A stretch of DNA of 64,000 nucleotides from Poseidonia sp. (GTDB lineage Archaea; Thermoplasmatota; Poseidoniia; Poseidoniales; Poseidoniaceae): contig JBDQNU010000008.1 of the NCBI GenBank assembly GCA_040261535.1, positions 8,322-72,321 of the forward strand, given 5' to 3'. Under the pieces are notes generated by a model that was given only the letters and a program-made list of their open reading frames with translations, had not been told where the DNA came from and searched no databases. Shown here one piece after another: positions 8,655 to 16,578 of the stretch; the first letter of the stretch is position 1; each line of letters opens with the position of its first letter. A program made the position numbers and the translations under genes.

Positions 8655-9481
8655 CCGCAGAGGTTTGGATGGGCTATCTCGTGGACCATTGTCCGGATTT
8701 TACGGTGGTTCAATCTCCCTTTGTCCTTGGCGATGAACGCGTCTTTGGTGCTGATAGCGACGCCACCACCCTCTCGATTGCTGCGGTTCTTCATCGACTT
8801 CAACACGAGAACGTTGCCTCGGTGGCCGTGCCCGAAGGGATTGATGCAGATGCCCTATCCACGGCTTGCAACATTCAAGTTTGGGACAAAGAATCCGAGA
8901 GCGAACCGGATTGGGATTTGTTGTTGAGCGAAGAAGCCATTCTCGTTCTTGCACGGCCGGGTGCGGAGGTTGAGATTTCCGTCATGGATGTCGCCGTTGA
9001 GGTGGACCAAGCGTTCCACGAAGCCATCGTTGCTGCTTGGGAGATGGAGTTGAACGTGCTCCATGTCAGTCAGGGCGCTTACGTATCCCAAGCCCAATAT
9101 GTTGAAGCCGCCAGCCCGAGGCTATCGCTTTCGGGACAAATGGGGCGCAACGGAGCCGTTTGGCCTCCACGATATTCAGCCAACACGAGTCAGAAGGAAA
9201 ACGGCGTTCACCGCTTAACGCCCAGTGGACGTGTTCTCTCGTGGACCACGCTTTCTGCCGCAGGTGCACCATCTGAATTTTCGCTACGAGCGCCGTTGCT
9301 TGGCGGTGTCAGCACCGTCTTGCTCGAACTCGTCGATGGACCAAACGGGGTGTTTTTGGTCGTTGACGATGAAGAACCTGAACTCTCCATGGATGCTCCC
9401 ATGGAATTGGTCGTTCGACGGATTTACGCTCAAGAGGGATTCATCCGCTACGGCTTGAAGGCCCGAGCCATGCCGGCCTGA
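8651..9481 (+). CDS. DUF35/OB-fold-like protein with a Cys-less zinc-ribbon remnant and an unassigned ~160-aa N-terminal domain
   Basis: The ATG overlaps the thiolase stop (ATGA at 8651-8654). The C-terminal GRVLSWTTL...VSTVLLELVDGPNGVFLVVDD...MELVVRRIY...YGLKA looks like the DUF35 OB fold. The preceding GQMGRNGAVWPPRYSANTS resembles the DUF35 ribbon (C..CG..fPPR..C..C) with all Cys replaced. Confidence 0.5.
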   Translation: MTAEVWMGYLVDHCPDFTVVQSPFVLGDERVFGADSDATTLSIAAVLHRLQHENVASVAVPEGIDADALSTACNIQVWDKESESEPDWDLLLSEEAILVLARPGAEVEISVMDVAVEVDQAFHEAIVAAWEMELNVLHVSQGAYVSQAQYVEAASPRLSLSGQMGRNGAVWPPRYSANTSQKENGVHRLTPSGRVLSWTTLSAAGAPSEFSLRAPLLGGVSTVLLELVDGPNGVFLVVDDEEPELSMDAPMELVVRRIYAQEGFIRYGLKARAMPA

Positions 9482-9518
9482 CAAAGGATTCATACAACGC
9501 AAAGTCTACCGCAAAAGC

Positions 9519-10535
9519 ATGGCGGGATTTGGCGGTATGCGCAAAGGTCGTGAAGAGGCCAAAGACAACCTCGGTTATACCGAAGGCGGGGATTGTCCTC
9601 GTTGCGGTGGAAGTTCACAAGATTCGACGATGGCGGGATACCTTCAATGCGGCTCGTGCGGACACGAGTGGGCCGATCCCAATCATGTTGAACAGAAGAA
9701 GCGGCCTGCGCCACCAACCCATCAACGGGATGCCGAGCTCATTGAACAATTCAAACAAGAGATGGCCTCGGGAGAATTGGCGAATGTTCTCGGTGTGAAC
9801 AAGAACCTCTCCGGCGAACAGGAACAATCGCTCAAGCGGTTGGAGGAGAAGTGGATGAGCGGTATGCAGGGCCATTACAACGCTGCTGCAGAAGAACGCA
9901 AACCGCTTATGATCAGTTTTGACGACGACGACAACATCGTTTCCACGGAAGTCGCTGCCATCACCATTGTTTCAAACGGTTTTGACGGTGGCGAAGAAAT
10001 CCGGTTGGAGTACCCCGGGCTGGGTACGGAGTTTTACGCCTACAACGAGCGCAGCCCTACCGGTTGGAAGCGTGGACCAAACGCCGAGACGACCGCTAGG
10101 TCCATCACGAACGTCATCAACCGGTCGTCCAAACTGGTTTATGCAACCTTGGAAGGGGTACGAATCTCCTTCGAGTTGCGTGATGAGAACCTCAATGCGT
10201 CGTCGTTTGTCATCTTCGTCGATGACCCTGGTGGGACCGATATCGTTGCAGAAAAGGGTGGCGTCGTGTTGGATCACCGTGATTTCTCGACCATACAGGA
10301 TTACAGGACCGTCGTTGAGATGGTTCTCGAAGACGGCATTATTTCACCAAGTGAGGATCAACTCCTCTGGGCCATGCGGCAACAATTGAACATCGATGAT
10401 GCCTATCACATTCAGGTGGTCATGCAACTTTGTGGTGAAAACACCCTCAAAGAATGCACCTCATGCGGTGGTATGGCTGAGTTGTATCCCGAACACGCTG
10501 CATGGTACTGTCATCCCTGCGATTCGTGGTGCTGA
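9519..10535 (+). CDS. hypothetical protein with N- and C-terminal zinc ribbons
   Basis: The N-terminus has CPRCGG-x15-CGSCGH and the C-terminus has CTSCGG-x13-CHPCDSWC. About 230 aa of unrecognised sequence lie between them. It is 128 nt upstream of the actin-like gene on the same strand. Confidence 0.6.
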   Translation: MAGFGGMRKGREEAKDNLGYTEGGDCPRCGGSSQDSTMAGYLQCGSCGHEWADPNHVEQKKRPAPPTHQRDAELIEQFKQEMASGELANVLGVNKNLSGEQEQSLKRLEEKWMSGMQGHYNAAAEERKPLMISFDDDDNIVSTEVAAITIVSNGFDGGEEIRLEYPGLGTEFYAYNERSPTGWKRGPNAETTARSITNVINRSSKLVYATLEGVRISFELRDENLNASSFVIFVDDPGGTDIVAEKGGVVLDHRDFSTIQDYRTVVEMVLEDGIISPSEDQLLWAMRQQLNIDDAYHIQVVMQLCGENTLKECTSCGGMAELYPEHAAWYCHPCDSWC

Positions 10536-10663
10536 TTCCAGCGTCGTAAAGCGTTCTATAGGGAGGCGGATGGCCATCGGTCTCATGCTTCTGAGTTCAT
10601 CGGCCGTATTTCGTTTGGGGACTCTTCATAAACTCAAGTGATGTCCCAAACTACGGTGAGCCT

Positions 10664-11689
10664 ATGGCGAAAGATGTGTTGTATATCGGAATTGACTTGG
10701 GAACCTTCCGTTCAGTGATGGTTTCTTCTGACAGCCACGAAGTGGAAGAATTGACCGTGATTGGAACGCCCAAGGACCCCATCGCACGGAACTTTTTGAA
10801 GCGCGATGTTCTCTTTGGGAACGAGGCGCTCAAAAACCGACTTGCTCTCAACCTTTTCCGGCCCTTGGAGCTCGGTGTCATCAAGGACACGCCAGAAGAC
10901 CGTGAATTCATTGCTCACTTCATCACCCATCTCATCGGTCTATCCGATCCTGAAGACTACGACCGCGTGGTCGCTGTTATCGGTGCGCCTGCCGAAGCAA
11001 GCCACGTTGACAAAACCGCCATCTTTGATGCAGCAGCGGGCTCTGTGAACTCCGCTATGATCATCTCCGAACCGTTTGCCGTCGCTTACGCTCTCGACAT
11101 GATCAACCATACGCTGGTCATTGACATCGGTGCAGGAACGACTGACCTTTGCCGCGTTTACGGTACCATCCCAGGACCCGGTGACCAAATGCACACCGGT
11201 CACGCCGGTGACTACGTCGACAACCAACTCATCAAAGAAATCCAATCCAAGTACAACGGCGCACAAATCACCAAGGACATGGCTCGACGCTGGAAGGAAG
11301 CCTACTCGTTCGTATCGACGGCAACTCCCGATGAACCTGTTCTCGTGGACTTTTCCATAGAAGGAAAGGCCATGACGCTCGACATCACGGATTGCATGCA
11401 GCGTGCATGTGAATCCATCGTCGACCCCATTGTGGAGAACGTCAAGAAACTCATTGCTGGTTCCAACCCCGAATACCACGATGAGTTCCGCAAGAACATG
11501 GTTCTCGCTGGTGGCGGTTCTTCCATCAAGGGCCTCGGTGCCCTCATCGAGCGCCGTCTCTCGGACATGGGCGACGTCAACGTTCACGTTGTCGACGATC
11601 CTGTTCGCTTGGGCGCCATGGGCGGTCTTCGCCTCGCCATGGAAGTTCCCGAAGAGATGTGGAAGAACCTCACTCTCGCTTCCCGTTGA
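10664..11689 (+). CDS. actin-like ATPase (MreB/MamK/Ta0583-like)
   Basis: Actin-fold motifs are present: phosphate-1 IGIDLGTFRS, connect SEPFAVAYAL, phosphate-2 LVIDIGAGTTDL, adenosine LAGGGSSIKGL. Length is 341 aa. Confidence 0.8.
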   Translation: MAKDVLYIGIDLGTFRSVMVSSDSHEVEELTVIGTPKDPIARNFLKRDVLFGNEALKNRLALNLFRPLELGVIKDTPEDREFIAHFITHLIGLSDPEDYDRVVAVIGAPAEASHVDKTAIFDAAAGSVNSAMIISEPFAVAYALDMINHTLVIDIGAGTTDLCRVYGTIPGPGDQMHTGHAGDYVDNQLIKEIQSKYNGAQITKDMARRWKEAYSFVSTATPDEPVLVDFSIEGKAMTLDITDCMQRACESIVDPIVENVKKLIAGSNPEYHDEFRKNMVLAGGGSSIKGLGALIERRLSDMGDVNVHVVDDPVRLGAMGGLRLAMEVPEEMWKNLTLASR

Positions 11690-11783
11690 TTTCAACGGTT
11701 GCTTCCTCGTCAGCCCCGGGAATTCAACCCGCTTGCTCGGCCAGCATGAGAGATGATTCTAGCCGTTAGCGGACACAAACCGT

Positions 11784-11810
11784 AGGTGGAAGCCTCTCCA
11801 CCTGCTTTTT
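11784..11810 (+). terminator. hairpin plus T5 tract downstream of the actin-like gene
   Basis: aggtgga-agcctc-tccacct forms a 7-bp stem and is followed by gcttttt. It lies 95 nt after the stop in a convergent intergenic region. Confidence 0.4.
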
Positions 11811-11828
11811 GACCCGTCAAGCTTGATT

Positions 11829-12488
11829 TCAAGCGTTTCCGGCTTTTTCAACTTCGGCCCAGTCTCGCATAAAGCCCTCAAGGCCCTTGTCGGTGAGGGG
11901 GTGGCTCATGAGTTGACGGAAGGTCTTTGCAGGCATGGTTGCCGTGTGAGCGCCGAGTTGGATGCACTGCAAGACATGCGTGGGGTGTCGTATAGATGCT
12001 GCGAGCACCTTGGTGTCTAAGTTGTAATTTGCCCACGTGTTCATGATTTCGGCAATGAGTTCCATGCCGTCGTGTCCGGTGTCGTCGATGCGTCCGATGA
12101 ACGGGGAGACATAGGTGGCGCCTGCCTTCGCAGCCATGAGGGCTTGGGAGGCGGAAAAGATGAGCGTGACGTTGGTGTCAATGCCCTCTTCGGTGAGAAT
12201 CTTCGTGGCGGCCAAGCCTTCGGGCGTGCACGGGATCTTGATAATTACGTTTTCCGGCAGGTCAGCTTTGAGTGCACGACCTTGTTCCACCATTCCGGCC
12301 GTATCCATGGCCGTTACTTCAGCGGAAATCGGGCCTGAGCAAATGCCGGCGATTTCTCGGACGACTTCTTTGAAATCGCGCCCCGATTTTTTGATCAGCG
12401 AGGGGTTGGTTGTCACGCCGTCGAGGATTCCCCATGCGGCGATTTCTCGAATTTCATCCACGTCTGCAGTATCAAGGAAGAACTCCAT
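11829..12488 (-). CDS. tal: transaldolase / fructose-6-phosphate aldolase family (short type)
   Basis: [28 protein letters not shown] and YVSPFIGR are present. Length is 219 aa after trimming to the Met at 12488. It lies downstream of the split tkt. Confidence 0.85.
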   Translation of the reverse strand: MEFFLDTADVDEIREIAAWGILDGVTTNPSLIKKSGRDFKEVVREIAGICSGPISAEVTAMDTAGMVEQGRALKADLPENVIIKIPCTPEGLAATKILTEEGIDTNVTLIFSASQALMAAKAGATYVSPFIGRIDDTGHDGMELIAEIMNTWANYNLDTKVLAASIRHPTHVLQCIQLGAHTATMPAKTFRQLMSHPLTDKGLEGFMRDWAEVEKAGNA

Positions 12489-12547
12489 GGTCCTCGTTCC
12501 TACAAGGGATTCTATGAACTCTCCCCTGCGATCTGAACCACCGATTT

Positions 12548-13483
12548 TCACTTGCGTGTGATGGCTCGCTTGGCTGCTTCGGCGATGTATGGTGCCGAAA
12601 TTTCCATGACTTCCAGCATTTCATCGGATTGTCCCGACTCTCCGAATCGGTCTTTGACGCCAACGCGCTCAAGCGGTGCGTAGGTGTTAGCGGTGAGATG
12701 TTCCGCTACGGCCCCGCCTAAGCCCCCGATGACGCTGTGGTCTTCGGCCGTCACCAAGGCACCGCACGTTGAGACAAGATTGTCAATCAACTGGCCGTCC
12801 AGTGGCTTGAGGGTGTGCATGTCGACCACGCTGGCTTGGATGCCTTCCCCTTCGAGGGCTTCAGCGGCCTTGAGGGCTTCCGAGACCATCACACCGCAAG
12901 CGACGATGGCTACATCGCTTCCTTCTTTGAGCACGATTCCCTTCCCGATTTTGATTTCGTTTTCGCGTCCCTCGTAGAGAACGGGGGTTTTGTTACGAGC
13001 TGTTCTCATGTACGAAGGTGAAGATTCGCCAGCGAGTTGAATCGTGAGTTCCTTGGTCGAAACGACGTCGCTTGGATGCATGACGATGACGTTTGGAAGG
13101 GTCCGGAAAATCGCTAGATCTTCGATAGATTGCGCCGAAGACCCGTCCGTGCCCGTATGCGTACCGCCGTGGCTTCCACAAACGTGGACGGCAAGATTTG
13201 GTCGTGCAACACCATTTCTCATTTGTTCAAAGGCACGTTCGGTAAAAATCGCGAAGGTGCTTGCAAAGGGAATGTATCCCGAGGCTGCAAGGCCTGCACC
13301 AACCAGCAACATGTTTTGCTCGCCGATACCGCAGGAAACGGTCCTTTCCGGGTGGGCCTTTCGAAAGTGGAGTGATTTCGTGGATTTTCCAAGGTCGGCT
13401 TCGAGAACGACGACTTTCGGGTTGTTGGCCAGTTCGAGGAGAGCATCGCCGTACCCGTCTCGGGTCGCTGCCATCTTGGTCAT
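12548..13483 (-). CDS. tkt: transketolase, C-terminal (pyrimidine-binding) subunit
   Basis: [19 protein letters not shown] and [16 protein letters not shown] are present. The start overlaps the stop of the N-terminal subunit (ATGA). Confidence 0.9.
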   Translation of the reverse strand: MTKMAATRDGYGDALLELANNPKVVVLEADLGKSTKSLHFRKAHPERTVSCGIGEQNMLLVGAGLAASGYIPFASTFAIFTERAFEQMRNGVARPNLAVHVCGSHGGTHTGTDGSSAQSIEDLAIFRTLPNVIVMHPSDVVSTKELTIQLAGESSPSYMRTARNKTPVLYEGRENEIKIGKGIVLKEGSDVAIVACGVMVSEALKAAEALEGEGIQASVVDMHTLKPLDGQLIDNLVSTCGALVTAEDHSVIGGLGGAVAEHLTANTYAPLERVGVKDRFGESGQSDEMLEVMEISAPYIAEAAKRAITRK

Positions 13484-14304
13484 GCACTCACCTCGCCAAG
13501 TTCTTGCATGGCCAATGCGTATTGCTCGTCGTTCGGCGCTGCACCGTGGAAGGCGGGGTTGTCCGCCATGAACGAAACCCCATGACCTTTCACGGTGTGG
13601 GCAATCAAAATCGAAGGGCCATCGTTCGTTGAGGAGAGGAACTGCATTCCATCCATGATCTCCTCCATGTTGTGGCCGTCAATTTCCTTCACGTTCCAAC
13701 CAAACGCCTTCCATTTTGCTGGAATGTCAAACATGCGCATTTGGGCTTCACAAAAGTCGTCGTTTTGGATTCGGTTCCGGTCCAAAATGACATTGAGGTT
13801 TCCGAGTTCGTGGTGTGCTGCCGCCATGGCCGCTTCCCAAACGCTGCCCTCTTGGATTTCTCCGTCACCGAGCATAACATAGACTTGGCGTTCACTTTGT
13901 TCAAGACGTCCAGCGATGGCGGAACCCAATCCAAAGGACAGTCCCATGCCGAGCGATCCTGCTGAAAAATCGACACCGGGACACCATTTCATGTCGACGT
14001 GACCTTGACAAACGCCGCCGAGGACTCGATAGGACGACAAGTCTTCTTCGGATATGAATCCCATTTCGGCGAGAATGGCGTACATGCCCGGGGAAGCATG
14101 CCCTTTCGAGAGGATGAAGCGGTCTCGGTCTTCCCAACGGGGTTCCGATGGGCGAACGCGGAGGGTCGTTTTGTAGAGGGCAACGAGCAAATCGATTTCA
14201 GATAGGGAGCCCCCGGGATGGCCGGCTTGTGCCCGATGCACCATGTTCACGATGTGGACGCGACAACGTCGAGCAAGTTCTCGTAATTCATCTGCACTCG
14301 CCAT
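13480..14304 (-). CDS. tkt: transketolase, N-terminal (TPP-binding) subunit
   Basis: AGHPGGSLS, ILSKGHA and the GDGEIQEGSVWEA TPP-binding motif are present. Confidence 0.9.
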   Translation of the reverse strand: MASADELRELARRCRVHIVNMVHRAQAGHPGGSLSEIDLLVALYKTTLRVRPSEPRWEDRDRFILSKGHASPGMYAILAEMGFISEEDLSSYRVLGGVCQGHVDMKWCPGVDFSAGSLGMGLSFGLGSAIAGRLEQSERQVYVMLGDGEIQEGSVWEAAMAAAHHELGNLNVILDRNRIQNDDFCEAQMRMFDIPAKWKAFGWNVKEIDGHNMEEIMDGMQFLSSTNDGPSILIAHTVKGHGVSFMADNPAFHGAAPNDEQYALAMQELGEVSA

Positions 14305-14379
14305 TGGACCACTTGTCCCCGTGCTTCCGTGGATGGCCTTTGATGGTTGTGCCTGTGGTCGTTCGCCCTCCTCGATGCA

Positions 14380-16425
14380 TCAGCGTCGTTTTGGCTGCAA
14401 GGCATCGATGAGGTTCCGCACTGCGTCGGCCGTCACCATCACGGCATCACCTGCCAGGGTGCCGCCTTTGGGCAACGCCCTTGAGGCGAGCCAGATAAAG
14501 ACGGCAACAAACCAAGCAAAGAAAGCAAGCGAGAAGACATTGTTGAGGGTTACAATGCCAAATATCTCCGGAAGGTCAATTTTTGCGACGATCAAAACGG
14601 CGATGAGGACGCCCATGATCGACTCGCCGGCGATGAATCCGGCGCCGATGAGGACGCCTCTACTCTCCACTTCCTTCGCAGCTTCAAGAGCACGGGGTGA
14701 AGGTTCAGCCCTCAATACCCCGTCAACCCGAAGATGAGCGCTTCTCAAAAGCACATGCGAGATGATGCCACCGGCCATGATGGGGACGGAGAGGCCGAGT
14801 GGGAGGTAGATTCCAATGGCAACGCTCATCACCGGCATGTTGAGGCGAATCAGAGCCACAGCGATAGCAGCACCGAGGACGACCATTTGGATGTTGAGGT
14901 CGCCTCCAAAAGCGCCTTGGACGATGGCGCCAATCAATTCAGCCTGTGGAGCAAAGAGGGCCTTGGAACACGTAGGATCTCCGGGGAGTGGGTTCATTTG
15001 ACACGCTGTTTGTGAAATCCGGAAGGCATCGTGGAGCAGGGACAAGACGGGTCCAATCACCACGGCCCCGGTGAGGACCCCAATGATTTCCGCCGTCTGC
15101 TGCCGTTTTGGGGTCGCTCCAAGCATGTGGCCGGTTTTCAGGTCTTGCATAACATCGCCAGCGATGGCAGCACTTGAAGCGACGATAGCAGCGATCAGCA
15201 AGGTGGCGTACATCAAGTCTTGACGAGCCATCCCCAACATCAGGTCGCCAACGATATAGACCAAGCCGACGGTGAAGAGTAGGGTTGCGATGGTCATACC
15301 GGACACCGGTGAATTGGAGGAGCCGACAACCCCGGCGATGTATCCTGCAACCGCTGCGAAAAAGAAGGCGACAAAAGCGAGGAAGAGAGCGCCAGCAAGG
15401 GCGAGGACAAAGGATTCGGTTGCCCACCAATAGAAGAAGAACGTGAGGACGACCAACGCCGCACAGACCATGAACACGATGTTCATCGAAATGTCTTGCT
15501 CGGTTCGTGGGAGTGCAGCCTCGCTCTCTTCACTTTTTACGAAGGCCTTTGACAGACCGGTAATGATCGTTTTCCTCATCGACCAAAGGGTGTAGACGCC
15601 TCCGACCACCATGGCTCCCACGCCGACATACCGGATTTGCGTTGACCAAATGCTGTAAAATCCATCAACGAGAGAATCGGTTGCAGGCCAGCCATAGATG
15701 AGGCCGTACATGGGCACGAGAAGCCCAAACCCAAGCACACCACCAAAGAAGATGAACGATGCGATACGAATCCCTACGATGTAGCCGACGGAGAGGAGGG
15801 CGATGGAAAGATCCATTCCCGCATAGAGTCGGGTTGAAACAAACGAGAAGGCGCCTTCTACGGTGTGGTGCGTGACTTCAAAGCCCTTGACCATCAGACC
15901 GTACACGCCTCCAATAGCAAGTGCATAGAGAATGGCGAGTGCGCCTTCGCCCCCTTCTTCTCCGGCGACCAGGACCTCTCGGCAGGCGACGCCTTCGGGA
16001 TACGGGAGCGCTTCTTCTACGATGAAGAGACGACGCAGTGCGATGGTGAACATGGTGCCGAGCAACCCACCGAGGGTGGCGATGATCAGCGTCTCCATCC
16101 ACTGGATGCTCGTCCAAAGGCTCATGACCAGCAGGGCGGGAACCGTGAAAATCACGCCAGCAGCGAGGGATTCACCAGCAGAAGCCATGGTTTGAACGGC
16201 GTTGTTCTCGAGGATGGAGACGTCTTTGAACATCGAACGAAGAATGATCATCGACATGACCGCTGCCGGAATGCTGGCTGAAACCGTCATGCCCGCATAG
16301 AGTCCAAGGTAGGCATTTGCTGCCGTCATCAAAACGCCAAGGACGATTCCTACCCCGATGACTCGGCCCGTCAGTTCGAGCGGTGATTCATCCGCAGGGA
16401 TGTAAGGCTGGTGCGCACCGCTCAT
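14380..16425 (-). CDS. OPT-family oligopeptide transporter
   Basis: A 681-aa polytopic membrane protein. The N-terminus LTGRVIGVGIVLGVLMTAANAYLGLYAGMTVSASIPAAV and the later DLKTGHMLGATP are typical of the OPT superfamily. Confidence 0.85.
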   Translation of the reverse strand: MSGAHQPYIPADESPLELTGRVIGVGIVLGVLMTAANAYLGLYAGMTVSASIPAAVMSMIILRSMFKDVSILENNAVQTMASAGESLAAGVIFTVPALLVMSLWTSIQWMETLIIATLGGLLGTMFTIALRRLFIVEEALPYPEGVACREVLVAGEEGGEGALAILYALAIGGVYGLMVKGFEVTHHTVEGAFSFVSTRLYAGMDLSIALLSVGYIVGIRIASFIFFGGVLGFGLLVPMYGLIYGWPATDSLVDGFYSIWSTQIRYVGVGAMVVGGVYTLWSMRKTIITGLSKAFVKSEESEAALPRTEQDISMNIVFMVCAALVVLTFFFYWWATESFVLALAGALFLAFVAFFFAAVAGYIAGVVGSSNSPVSGMTIATLLFTVGLVYIVGDLMLGMARQDLMYATLLIAAIVASSAAIAGDVMQDLKTGHMLGATPKRQQTAEIIGVLTGAVVIGPVLSLLHDAFRISQTACQMNPLPGDPTCSKALFAPQAELIGAIVQGAFGGDLNIQMVVLGAAIAVALIRLNMPVMSVAIGIYLPLGLSVPIMAGGIISHVLLRSAHLRVDGVLRAEPSPRALEAAKEVESRGVLIGAGFIAGESIMGVLIAVLIVAKIDLPEIFGIVTLNNVFSLAFFAWFVAVFIWLASRALPKGGTLAGDAVMVTADAVRNLIDALQPKRR

Positions 16426-16578
16426 GTCCGGGCCAAGTCGAAGAAGTAGGTATAGCCTGCGATTATCGCCTCATGAAAATATAGAGTCTTTGGTGGGTGT
16501 CCCATCCTTCCATATAATAGAGGGGCCGAGCGAGGAGAAAGTGGTTTTGGTGCATGCCATGGCCGCAGGTGAGCGTTT

